NCBI RefSeq assembly: GCF_001194135.2 | Contig: NC_068982.1 | Coordinates: 155,401,442-155,465,441, forward strand | DNA from: Octopus bimaculoides | Lineage: Eukaryota | Length of the DNA stretch: 64,000 nt | Reading direction: 5' to 3' | In this document: one piece after another, positions 63,601 through 64,000 of the stretch | Position numbering within the stretch: the stretch's first letter is position 1 | How the letters are laid out: each line of letters starts with the position of its first letter | Made by a program: the position numbers and the translations under genes | Notes under the pieces: generated by a model | What the model was told of the DNA's origin: nothing | Databases searched by the model: none | Seen by the model: only the letters and a program-made list of their open reading frames with translations

Positions 63601-64000
63601 GCCCTCAAGAAGGCAGCCAGAAAATACTTTAGCTCCTCACTATTACTAAACCTTGACAGAGTTCATGTGAGACCCACAATACAATAAATACTACTCTCAC
63701 ATTTAAAATGGTGCTGCTACTACAAATACATACATCCTATATAACACTCAGAAAATGCTATCCAGCTGATTGCATGCAGTCACTTTCCAGCACATTCCAA
63801 CCTCAGGCCCACAGGTGTTCAGTCTCTTCATTCTGCTCTTTCTACCACTACTACAATGGTTTCTGCTTCTTAGAGCTTGCTGATCTTATGCCCTCTCCAT
63901 CCATTTACTCCAGTCTCACCTCACTTGTCACCTATATTGTATCTTGGTCTCTTGTATTAACCACTACACCTCGTCCTTCCTGCAACTGTTCAAAGTGAAC

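Overview
AT-rich, repeat-dominated eukaryotic DNA from a gapped short-read assembly (7 N-runs). The repeat families (tRNA-derived SINEs, RTE LINEs with (GAT)n tails, dense microsatellites) point to an octopus genome; this is inference. Two host genes are supported. One is the last coding exon of a testis-specific Ser/Thr kinase (TSSK family, + strand, 2055-2639). The other is a first coding exon resembling the N-terminus of ZNF292/RLF/ZNF654 (+, 48495-48605), whose first intron runs past the window end. A weaker unidentified spliced gene may lie on the - strand at 26.4-28.4 kb. The rest is transposon debris: many RTE LINE fragments, Tx1/L1, CR1/L2-like, HERO-like and Penelope remnants, a Tc1 element, hAT and mariner MITEs, Helitron/Helentron-like elements and two SINE families. 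I found no clearly new multi-gene system. The best leads are a PHD finger inserted inside the RTE reverse transcriptase, a twin-priming-type inverted RTE insertion, an intron-containing Tc1 transposase, a pre-miRNA-like hairpin beside a promoter-like motif cluster, an AG|GTAAGT candidate recursive splice site, and several long foldbacks. Repeat boundaries were read by eye and are approximate unless a TSD or TIR is cited.
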